This document shows, piece by piece, positions 1 through 8,312 of a stretch of DNA of 44,119 bases. How positions within the stretch are numbered: the first letter of the stretch is position 1; every line of letters begins with the position of its first letter. The position numbers and the translations under genes are program-made. The notes beneath the pieces were generated by a model. That model was not told the origin of the DNA and made no database searches. It saw only the letters and a program-made list of their open reading frames with translations. The stretch covers positions 1-44,119 of the IMG/VR virus record IMGVR_UViG_3300009702_000005. One strand, 5' to 3'. Source of the stretch: a virus.

Positions 1-123
1 GATTCATAACTTTGGAGCGCGTATAAGATTAGGCATTCCGTTAGTTAGTCGGGATGGAAAAGGATACCTACCGATAGGGACAATCATACACATTCCCCAG
101 AGAGAGTTTATTGGGTTGTCAGA
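1..123. repeat. 123-bp direct terminal repeat, identical to 43997..44119. It is either the assembly overlap of a circular or circularly permuted genome, or true terminal redundancy.
   Basis: Base-by-base comparison: gattcataactttggagcgcg...ttgggttgtcaga occurs at both ends of the window. Confidence 0.95.
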
Positions 124-187
124 GCGTGCAATCAACAGCGCCGCTAAGTTTATACTTGATGACGCTATTAGACAGTTACGTAAGTAG
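1..187 (+). CDS. 3' end of the wrap-around ORF that starts at 43635 (Mu gpG-like virion morphogenesis / tail completion protein)
   Basis: Frame 2 continues the 43635 ORF through the repeat (..IHNFGARIRLGIPLVSRDGKGYLPIGTIIHIPQREFIGLSERAINSAAKFILDDAIRQLRK) to TAG at 185..187. Confidence 0.8.
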   Translation, partial: IHNFGARIRLGIPLVSRDGKGYLPIGTIIHIPQREFIGLSERAINSAAKFILDDAIRQLRK

Positions 188-201
188 AGGAGTTTACGGT
201 T

Positions 202-1098
202 ATGACGCAATCAATGGGACACCAAGCACGATTCGCGGTTGACGCGGCTACTCCGTTTGACGGTTTAAGTGAGTGGATTGACATAAAGAGCGAAAACCTA
301 CAAAAGAAAGCCGTCATTCTTGATACTGATACCGTAATGGGTACGCGGTCGCATATCGAAGAACGTACACGCGCGGGAGTACAGGACATTAGCGGAACTA
401 TCAATATGATAGCTTCTCCCGCATTACTGGATAATTGGCTTCCCAGAATACTCGGCGGTGCTGAGTCTGTTGATAGTTTTCCGCTTGCGGAAACACTACC
501 AGAGTTTGCCGCTTTAATAGACCGTGTTGCAGACGTATATCTGTACGAGCATCTAAAAGTCAACAAGGCTACGTTTAGAGGAACTACGGGTAGTAACTTT
601 GTTGAGCTTGACATTGATGTGGTAGGTAAGACGGAAACTAAAGGGCAAACTTGGCCTGCCGCGCTTACTACTGCTGGACTTGATATAGCAGCTAATAATG
701 CTCCGTATGTATTCACTGATGGAGTATTAACACTACAAGCTGGAGCGCGTGAGTTTACTGAATTTGAGCTTGCTATAGATAATAAGCTAAATGTAGACTT
801 CCGTAATAGTGTTACAGCGACAGATATAGACGCTGGAGATAGGGAAGTTACGTTGACAGTAAAGGTTCCAGCTATTTCAGGTAATGCTGATTTGTACGAT
901 CAGGCATTAGCTGGTGCTGCTGGAACTCTTGTGTTCACTAATGGAACATATTCCACTACGTTTACGTTTGGGACACTACAGGTTCCTTCTCAATCTCCGG
1001 TCATAGAAGGGAAAGGGCCTATACTCCATACTCTTACTATGATTGCTCGCAAGACAGGATCAACTGACGAATTGGTTGTTACTAATGTGACAGCCTAG
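202..1098 (+). CDS. major tail (tube) protein candidate, 298 aa
   Basis: It sits directly upstream of the chaperone (-1 PRF) and tape-measure pair, the canonical siphovirus tail tube position. GAGGAG lies 9 nt upstream of the ATG. No diagnostic motif recognised. Confidence 0.55.
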   Translation: MTQSMGHQARFAVDAATPFDGLSEWIDIKSENLQKKAVILDTDTVMGTRSHIEERTRAGVQDISGTINMIASPALLDNWLPRILGGAESVDSFPLAETLPEFAALIDRVADVYLYEHLKVNKATFRGTTGSNFVELDIDVVGKTETKGQTWPAALTTAGLDIAANNAPYVFTDGVLTLQAGAREFTEFELAIDNKLNVDFRNSVTATDIDAGDREVTLTVKVPAISGNADLYDQALAGAAGTLVFTNGTYSTTFTFGTLQVPSQSPVIEGKGPILHTLTMIARKTGSTDELVVTNVTA

Positions 1099-1131
1099 TA
1101 GTGATACTAATAGGAACGGGGAGCAAAAATT

Positions 1132-1647
1132 ATGTCTAGTGCATTCATTGATGATGGGTATACGCTTAAAGCTACGATACTTGGAAACGACCAATACCCT
1201 ACTGTCACATTCACTTATCGTCCAGCGTTATCACATGAACGATCAGCGCTTAACGAGCGTATGAGTTTTGCTACTGAAAACTCAGAAGTTAAAGCGCTTG
1301 AACAGGCACGTACTACGCTATGTCTTGGATTAGCCTCTGCTATAGATACAGACCAACGTACTAAGCTACAGCAACAGATTGCTAGATTATCAGATCAAAT
1401 AATACAGGTTGCATCATTACACAAGGAAAGGTTGGAAGCGCACTATGAACAGTCTGAACGATTAGCAGCTAAGTTTATGGCGGGACATATCGTAGAGTGG
1501 AATCTTGATAGACCGCCAACAGAAGATAATTGTTTCAAACTGCATCCAGAGCTATCGGCTAAGTTGTTTGGCGTATTGTACGCCTATCAGAAAAGCGACA
1601 ATGCTGAAGATGAAACATTCAACGAAACGGAGACGTTGGGAAACTGA
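1132..1647 (+). CDS. tail assembly chaperone, short (G-like) product, 171 aa
   Basis: Position between the tube gene and the tape measure. The slippery heptamer GGGAAAC sits immediately before its TGA stop, and an open -1 frame follows. Confidence 0.75.
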   Translation: MSSAFIDDGYTLKATILGNDQYPTVTFTYRPALSHERSALNERMSFATENSEVKALEQARTTLCLGLASAIDTDQRTKLQQQIARLSDQIIQVASLHKERLEAHYEQSERLAAKFMAGHIVEWNLDRPPTEDNCFKLHPELSAKLFGVLYAYQKSDNAEDETFNETETLGN

Positions 1648-1988
1648 TTGACGGGCTGGTTGTGCAACGGAACCATCCCGAAGTAGCTTATCGTAGTTGC
1701 AGCGAATGCCGGACATATCAGTACAATGAGAAAGACGGGAAACGAGCAGAATATCCTCCAAACAGCGGCCGTTTCTCTCCCAGAATAGGGCCGGTTCCTT
1801 GTGAAACGGCTAAGGGTTGTCCGAAAGGGCATTACAACCATCCTAAAGAATTATCTGAAAGGAATAGGACGTTTATTCAACGATACTACGAATGGAAAGC
1901 TGTAGGTGTATTTCCAGATGATGCTATTGTTAGAGCTTTGTCTGGATACATTTATAGGGTTGATGTGCAATCTAACGGCATCATCTAA
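1132..1988 (+). CDS. tail assembly chaperone, -1 frameshift (GT-like) product, about 285 aa (1132..1644 joined to 1644..1988)
   Basis: After slippage the reading continues LIDGLVVQRNHPEV... to TAA at 1986..1988, which overlaps the tape-measure ATG (taATG). Confidence 0.7.
1638..1644 (+). promoter_or_regulatory. -1 programmed ribosomal frameshift slippery heptamer G_GGA_AAC
   Basis: Zero-frame codons are ttG GGA AAC tga. The -1 frame is open from 1614 to 1988. X_XXY_YYZ pattern. Confidence 0.8.
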
Positions 1989-3664
1989 TGTCAGAGACCA
2001 TACGAGACGCTGTTATAAAGTTGTCGGTTGAATCCGATAAAAAACCCGTAAAAGTACCGGGGTTAGACAAGGTACGTAGTAAAGCTAACGATACGGGTAA
2101 AGAATTAGATAAGGTTGCAGACAAGACAGATAAACTGAGAAAGGTCGCGTTAGCTGCTGGAAAGAAAGGGGCAACTTCATTTAATAAGTTTGGTTCGGCA
2201 TCGTCTAGATTGTTAGTGTCATTACGGTTGCTATCTAATAAGTCTGGATTAACAGAACTATCAGAACAGATTGAGGCAACACAAGAATATGGACAGATAA
2301 TAACCGTACTAACTGGTACGATTATTAAGGTAGGGAATGCTATACACGCTATGAGCGCTGCACATGCAGCGTCAACAACTGCAACAACAGCACAAACTAC
2401 GGCTACTGCCGGTGAAGCAGTAGCTGCAACTGCTGCAACAGGAGCAGAGACCGAACTTGCGGCAGCTAATACGGCTGTTGCAGATACCGCAGAAGCCGCA
2501 ACAGTTGCTGAGACTGGATTAAGCATTGCTACAGGTAACTTGGTAGGTGTAATAGGTGGGGTTGTTGTTCTATTAGCTACTGCTGGATTTGCTACGTTTA
2601 AGTATTTTACTAAGGTTAAAAAACAATCGCCTAGTGTCATAAAGGCTATCAATGAGATAACAGCGGCATTTTCACGTATGTTAGCAGCGGTTGACGCACA
2701 GAGTGCTAGCTATCAACGCCTTGTAGATATACGCCAGAAATTAGCAACCCTAAAGACTGGTGGGTTTGATCTTAAAGAACAGACACAAGCTATCAATGAT
2801 AAGCGACTTGCTGTACGTCAAGCTGCAATACTTGCTGGTGCAAATAATACAGCATTGATAGCCGCATCTGGTACTAATACTAGGACTGGAGCATTAGCGT
2901 TTGCTAGTAGCCGTAAAGGTCAGGCACTATTAAATGCTTCACCAGCTAATAAGAAAGCTAAACAGTTTTCGGCAGAGCAATTAGGTACGGTACAAAATAT
3001 AGTATCGGCTTTTCGGACAACTGCAAAGCTACAGGAAAATAGCCGTGATGCGGCATTAGCAATAGCTGACGCGAATCAACGTCAAGTTGACATAAATAAG
3101 GATAAGATACAGCAAGCTCAACGAGAAGTAGAATTAGCTAAGAGTAAGTTAGCCGCAGATAAAGAGGCACTACTTACATCCAAACAGCAATTTCTCACAG
3201 TCAAACAGCGGTTTGGGGCGCTATCTGCTATAGATAAACTGACTGCAATTCGCATAGCTAAAAAGTCTGCCGCACAACGTACCCAAGCTGAGAATGAGTT
3301 TTTAGCGTCAAAGGTAGGGGGAACAGAAGCAACACGTTTACGGAATATAGGTAGAGAAAAAGCCGCAGATAAAGGTGGATTCGGTGCAATAGATGCAAGT
3401 CTTCATTTATCTAGGGATAAACAACAACGTGACGCAAAGATACAAGCAGACATAGCAACACAACAAGGTACAATAGCTTCACAAACAGCACTATCTGCTA
3501 AATTTACATCATTGAACACTAAGCTAAATGCTAACATAAAAGCGCAACTAGAACAAGCTAAGAAAATGGAAGAAGCCTTAATTACTACAACACGAACGCT
3601 TACTAGGTTTAATGATAGATTGGATGAAATGAAGAAACTGAATCAACAAACTACAGAGCCATAG
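1988..3664 (+). CDS. tape measure protein, 558 aa
   Basis: Long Ala/Gln/Lys-rich, coiled-coil-like sequence with a central hydrophobic segment (GNLVGVIGGVVVLLATAGFATF). It lies immediately after the frameshifted chaperone. Confidence 0.8.
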   Translation: MSETIRDAVIKLSVESDKKPVKVPGLDKVRSKANDTGKELDKVADKTDKLRKVALAAGKKGATSFNKFGSASSRLLVSLRLLSNKSGLTELSEQIEATQEYGQIITVLTGTIIKVGNAIHAMSAAHAASTTATTAQTTATAGEAVAATAATGAETELAAANTAVADTAEAATVAETGLSIATGNLVGVIGGVVVLLATAGFATFKYFTKVKKQSPSVIKAINEITAAFSRMLAAVDAQSASYQRLVDIRQKLATLKTGGFDLKEQTQAINDKRLAVRQAAILAGANNTALIAASGTNTRTGALAFASSRKGQALLNASPANKKAKQFSAEQLGTVQNIVSAFRTTAKLQENSRDAALAIADANQRQVDINKDKIQQAQREVELAKSKLAADKEALLTSKQQFLTVKQRFGALSAIDKLTAIRIAKKSAAQRTQAENEFLASKVGGTEATRLRNIGREKAADKGGFGAIDASLHLSRDKQQRDAKIQADIATQQGTIASQTALSAKFTSLNTKLNANIKAQLEQAKKMEEALITTTRTLTRFNDRLDEMKKLNQQTTEP

Positions 3665-3665
3665 T

Positions 3666-4385
3666 ATGCAGTTCAAATACGGCGGTTATGCTCATTCTGA
3701 CAATGAAGTATCAGTTGCTTTGCAGCAACGTGCAGAATTTGACGCGCGTATGATCCGTAAGGTATTACGTAAAACCTTACAACTAGAGGGGAAAATACAC
3801 GGCACTACACAAGCTGACCTAGATGCAAAAATGAAACTGCTTGACGCAGCATATTCAGTTGATAACCGTGATGCAATACTATTATTGGACGATGGTAGTA
3901 CGCACAGTACGCACAGCTTACCGCTTAGTGGAGCGTATGGCGGTGTTAGAGTGACACAACCGCCTAGTTGGGGGCAGTCAGTAAAGGGAGAATTTACGAC
4001 GTGGCGAACATACTCAATTACGCTTGAAGCAGATTATCTAACGCTTCAAGAAGAATTATTAGCGTTCCAAGAAACTCTCAGCTTTGAAGGTACTGGCGGA
4101 CGTAGGGTAGCTTATATTGAAACTGTTGATACCTTCCCAGACAAGCAGCAAGTCAATAGATTCACTGTAGCTAAAATGGTGCAGAGCGGGCAAGCTCTTG
4201 GGCTTACACGGTATCCTTCTCCACCTATTCCGATATTTCCGTTAGATGAAGACGAAGATGTAAGAAATATCGTATCTACTGGACCGACTGTTTTACTTGG
4301 TGTTGCTAGTGAGTTTGGCATGTCGTGGAAGTATCAATTCCGACGTGCTGGACGTGGATTCAATGCACTACCTAACGTGAGATAA
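3666..4385 (+). CDS. distal tail protein candidate, 239 aa
   Basis: First gene after the tape measure, tightly packed. Called by position only. Confidence 0.4.
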   Translation: MQFKYGGYAHSDNEVSVALQQRAEFDARMIRKVLRKTLQLEGKIHGTTQADLDAKMKLLDAAYSVDNRDAILLLDDGSTHSTHSLPLSGAYGGVRVTQPPSWGQSVKGEFTTWRTYSITLEADYLTLQEELLAFQETLSFEGTGGRRVAYIETVDTFPDKQQVNRFTVAKMVQSGQALGLTRYPSPPIPIFPLDEDEDVRNIVSTGPTVLLGVASEFGMSWKYQFRRAGRGFNALPNVR

Positions 4386-4389
4386 TATA

Positions 4390-5664
4390 ATGGCAACGAA
4401 ACTCTGGGTTGGAAATGCTGTAGCAGTTGCACAGGTAGATGATATAACGCCAGCTAATGTTGAAGTTGGTGATATATTCACAGTCACAATCAATGGCAAG
4501 AGTGTATCATATACAGCGGTAGCAGCTACTGTAGCTGACGTAACTGCCGGGCTTGTAGCTGCACTAAATCTTAGTACCATTCAAGAGTTTGCTGAAATAA
4601 CATGGGCTGACGCTACTACGAAGCTCACAGCGACAGCCGATACTGCTGGTAAGCCTTTTACGCTTACTACGTCTACTACTAATGGTGGAGCGGCTGATAC
4701 GCAAACATTAACCCGCACAGCAAGTGTAGCAAACGCTGGACCGAATGTCTGGGATACGCCTAATAATTGGGACGGTGGGGTTGTCCCCATAACTGGTGAC
4801 GATGTAATTATTGGGACAGAGGGTGGTGATATTCTGTACGGGCTTGACCAGTCCGCAGTAACGCTACTAACACTAACAATCTTACAGGGTTTTGCGAACA
4901 CAATTGGGTTGCCAGAAACTAATGCGGATAGCAGCACAGAGTATCCAGAATATAGAGACACGTATCTGAAGGTTGGGGCAACTGACATAGTAATAGGTAC
5001 GGGTGCTGGTAATGGATCGTCTCGCATAAAAATCAATACCGGCGCTGTACAGACTACTATGTTAGTCAAGAATAGCGGACAGTCTAGCGACGATGCTGTA
5101 CCAGCAATTCTATGGAAAGGAACTCACGCAAGTAACGCTGTTAATATCAATCGTGGAGACGTAGGTATTGCTGTATTAGCTGGAGAAACAGCTACAGTAA
5201 AGACGTTACGCACAAGTTTCATTTCTAGTATAATTGGTGACGTAACATTACGTTGCGGTAGTGGTACTATGCTTAATGGCGCTGGTTCAATTACAATAAT
5301 TGCTGGTGGGACTATTAGTATTGAAAGCGATACACTATCTATTTCACAAACTGAGGGAGACCTAACATTAGATGGTAGTAGCGCTCATGCAGAGCTTGAT
5401 ATGGATGGAGGGAACTGTCATTACAACACGGACGGCACACTAACACAAGGTAAGGTAGGTAGTGACGCAGAGCTTGACTGTAGCCAAGATATACGATCTA
5501 GGACATTCACAGACTTAGAACTGCATGAAGGTAGCACGTTCAAAGACCCCAATAAGACCGTGACATTCACAAATCCAATACAGCTTCCACGTACAGGAGT
5601 CGAGAAGCTAAAAGAGCTAGTGTTAGGGGATCATTACACAATACAGCGTGGGACACTAGCGTAG
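4390..5664 (+). CDS. tail tip / baseplate protein with a G/T/S/N-rich, beta-helix-like C-terminal half, 424 aa
   Basis: Position in the tail-tip block. Repetitive short beta-strand-like segments (..GTGAGNGSSRIKINTGAV.., ..GAGSITIIAGGTISIES..). Confidence 0.4.
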   Translation: MATKLWVGNAVAVAQVDDITPANVEVGDIFTVTINGKSVSYTAVAATVADVTAGLVAALNLSTIQEFAEITWADATTKLTATADTAGKPFTLTTSTTNGGAADTQTLTRTASVANAGPNVWDTPNNWDGGVVPITGDDVIIGTEGGDILYGLDQSAVTLLTLTILQGFANTIGLPETNADSSTEYPEYRDTYLKVGATDIVIGTGAGNGSSRIKINTGAVQTTMLVKNSGQSSDDAVPAILWKGTHASNAVNINRGDVGIAVLAGETATVKTLRTSFISSIIGDVTLRCGSGTMLNGAGSITIIAGGTISIESDTLSISQTEGDLTLDGSSAHAELDMDGGNCHYNTDGTLTQGKVGSDAELDCSQDIRSRTFTDLELHEGSTFKDPNKTVTFTNPIQLPRTGVEKLKELVLGDHYTIQRGTLA

Positions 5665-5684
5665 TATGAAAGCACAGGAACTAC

Positions 5685-7304
5685 GTGAGCATACCTAGTC
5701 CACTAATCACATACCCCGGATTATCCGGCATCGTAAGCGGAACATTTAATTTAGCGCAGGGTATACGCCCAAGCCGCGCCAGACTCACTGTTATCCCCCA
5801 GAAACGAACGCCTCCCGCTACTGGCGTACTTGTTGTTCGCTCTAACGATATTATTGCGCGCTTTCCTGAATGTCGTGTAGACATGGCAACATTGACGAAA
5901 CAAGATGGATATGTTGTTAATGTGCCTATTCTAGATCGTCGTTGGAAGTGGAAATATGGTAGTATTCTTGGAGCATATAATATCAGAGATACTAACATTA
6001 GGCTTGATACCGCAACTGAAAAAACTCCGCAAGAATTAGCTACTCTCTTACTAAGAGCTATGGGCGAACGTAGGTTTTCAGTTGGTGAATTACCTAATAA
6101 GTCAAGGCCTACTAAGCGGTGGATATATGCTAATCCCGCGCAAGAGCTAGATATACTATGTCGTGAACTAGGTTGTGTAGTATCTCTTGGGCTAGACAAC
6201 GTAGTACGGATACATAAGGTAGGTGTAGGTAGGGTTCCACCTAAAGGCAAAACAGTTACAGTTAGTTACTCAATCAATCCAGCCGATATACCAGACAGTA
6301 TAGGATATGTCGGTGGAAAAACTGAGTATCAAATACGTTGGGATACCGAGGCTGTAGGGATAGATACAGACGGTAGTGTAAAGTTATTAGATGATTTATC
6401 ATATACACCTAGTAGTGGTTGGTCATCTGAGTTTCCTATGACATTTCCTAATGTTCTAGACCAATTCGGTGAGAAAGAGCATAGTTTAGCTACTAAGTCT
6501 GTCTGGAAAATGTACCGCATTACTAAACCGGTATCTCAGACTAAGCCATTCAATCATAGTAGGCTATTAGTATTACCGATTACCGATAGACTAATAGAAA
6601 CTAAATACAATAGTACAACAGGGAAGTATGACCCTATCCCTGCAATCATACGCGGGAAATACTGGAAGGGGTATAATACTCCGTATGCCGCAACAAAGAA
6701 TACAGATAAGAATACTGAGATAGACGTAGACCATAGTATAGATACTAGCACTGGCATAATCACATTCACCGATCCAGTAATAAAGTTGGGCGATAATAAC
6801 GATATAGCGTCTGCTGATATAACGCTTGAAATGGCGTATAACGCTAAAGGTACAGTCACCAAACCAACAAACATATTCGACCGGGCAACCTACGAACAAA
6901 GAGTTTCCCCCAGACCATCCGGTACTGGACCTATGGTAGTGCGTGAAGAATCTGTTCTACGCACACTACAAGCTAGCGGATATGGAAGTGACGGAATACC
7001 TACTAACGTGAAAGACAATAGTAAGCAGTTTGTTCAACTAGCCCGTGAATTTGTTCAAGCTAAATTAGCACAATTTAGACAGGTAGATAGCTTCACTACT
7101 ACCTATGCTGGATTCAAGGCTGTCAATCTAAGTGGTGCAATCACTCAAATAGCTTGGTCATTTGGCAGACAAGGCGGCACAACAAAGGTAGGCTACAACA
7201 ATGAATTCTTAAACACTGAACTACGCCGTCCGGCTAAACAGCTATTATCACTACAGCGCTCCACAACAGAAAAGCTACATGCAATAGCTAACCAACAGGA
7301 ATAG
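5685..7304 (+). CDS. tail-associated / baseplate hub candidate, 539 aa (GTG start)
   Basis: Large ORF in the tail-tip block. AGGAA lies 6 nt upstream of the GTG. No diagnostic motif. Confidence 0.4.
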   Translation: MSIPSPLITYPGLSGIVSGTFNLAQGIRPSRARLTVIPQKRTPPATGVLVVRSNDIIARFPECRVDMATLTKQDGYVVNVPILDRRWKWKYGSILGAYNIRDTNIRLDTATEKTPQELATLLLRAMGERRFSVGELPNKSRPTKRWIYANPAQELDILCRELGCVVSLGLDNVVRIHKVGVGRVPPKGKTVTVSYSINPADIPDSIGYVGGKTEYQIRWDTEAVGIDTDGSVKLLDDLSYTPSSGWSSEFPMTFPNVLDQFGEKEHSLATKSVWKMYRITKPVSQTKPFNHSRLLVLPITDRLIETKYNSTTGKYDPIPAIIRGKYWKGYNTPYAATKNTDKNTEIDVDHSIDTSTGIITFTDPVIKLGDNNDIASADITLEMAYNAKGTVTKPTNIFDRATYEQRVSPRPSGTGPMVVREESVLRTLQASGYGSDGIPTNVKDNSKQFVQLAREFVQAKLAQFRQVDSFTTTYAGFKAVNLSGAITQIAWSFGRQGGTTKVGYNNEFLNTELRRPAKQLLSLQRSTTEKLHAIANQQE

Positions 7305-7307
7305 GCT

Positions 7308-8312
7308 ATGACTACTCCCAGAAGTCTACACTATGGCGGTAGATGGGTACGCGTAAAGAATGTTTCTGGTGAGGATATTCCGCCGTATAGTGTAGTCGAG
7401 ATTACTGGTGCATCTAGCGATGATGGTATTCTCAATGCCGATAAACCATCATCTTCTGGGGATGATTATAGACACGGATTGAGTGGTCCGGCTACGATTA
7501 AATCAGGCGATCATGGGGATGTAACGTTCGACCTTCCCGCTTGGGCTTCCTTTGATTCGTCTGATGGAACTCCGGCTAATGGAGATTTATGGGGAGCTAA
7601 GAGCGGTAGTTGGAAACTCGGTAATACTGGCGACAGTAATTTTCCAGTATTAGGGAGTGTCGATACCACTAATGAAGTGATGTTGGTAGGGAGCTATTGG
7701 TCGGCTGGAAAGCCTGATGTTGAGTTGTTTGTCTCCGACTCTGATAGAGCTTACCCAGATTTTGCTGGTTCTGTACTATCTGGAAATTTCTACAATCTAA
7801 ATTTACAGTGGGATAGGGCAGGTGATGCTAGACTTCCATTAGTCGGATTGCATGGAGCAATAATTAGCCGCGATACTCCGGTTACTACTCACGATCCATT
7901 AGACTCTCCCTTTGCCTACTATACAGTGAAAAGTGCATACTGGACTCAGCCAATTATACTTGTTGGTACTACAATTTTGTACTTAGTAAGTAAAAGTACC
8001 GGATACGGAGCATACGAATGGTGGATAGGTACATATGATAGTTCATTTCCGGGCTTACTCTTTACTAAGTACAAGAAGTTACCTAACGTTTTTGATAAAA
8101 TTCTTGAAGGAAGTTCTGGATTAGCGTCACCTACGACAATAGATGATAGAGCAATACTATGGTGGACTGAGGACGCTGGATGGATAGGAATGCAGGTAGG
8201 GTATACTGGTGATAAAACAGTAATTACTAACGTGTCGGTAAATCCAGACGGCACAGTAGCATCAGTTACTACAGAGACATGGACATATAATAAAGGGATA
8301 TTACTCCCATAA
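7308..8312 (+). CDS. tail fibre / receptor-binding protein candidate, 334 aa
   Basis: Last virion-like ORF of the tail block. Called by position only. Confidence 0.35.
   Translation: MTTPRSLHYGGRWVRVKNVSGEDIPPYSVVEITGASSDDGILNADKPSSSGDDYRHGLSGPATIKSGDHGDVTFDLPAWASFDSSDGTPANGDLWGAKSGSWKLGNTGDSNFPVLGSVDTTNEVMLVGSYWSAGKPDVELFVSDSDRAYPDFAGSVLSGNFYNLNLQWDRAGDARLPLVGLHGAIISRDTPVTTHDPLDSPFAYYTVKSAYWTQPIILVGTTILYLVSKSTGYGAYEWWIGTYDSSFPGLLFTKYKKLPNVFDKILEGSSGLASPTTIDDRAILWWTEDAGWIGMQVGYTGDKTVITNVSVNPDGTVASVTTETWTYNKGILLP

Noticed and set aside
168-716. 182-aa minus-strand ORF opposite the tail tube gene. Similar long minus-strand ORFs lie at 4581..5069, 5681..6250, 29060..29536, 30379..30921, 37802..38221 and 39556..39972.
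   Set aside because: Each lies entirely antisense to a better-supported + strand gene. They have no SD-like sequence, have low-complexity Ser/Thr/Ala/Cys-rich composition and break the uniform + strand operon layout. I treat them as shadow ORFs.
1981-2652. 223-aa Ala/Val-rich minus-strand ORF
   Set aside because: It is the antisense reading of the GCN-rich Ala tract of the tape measure gene, a typical compositional artefact.
7302-7310. In-frame TAG separating the 539-aa and 334-aa tail proteins by a single codon (possible readthrough fusion)
   Set aside because: The downstream ORF has its own ATG and an AGGAA SD. Such tight spacing is normal for coupled late genes, and there is no sequence continuity argument like the one in the capsid gene.
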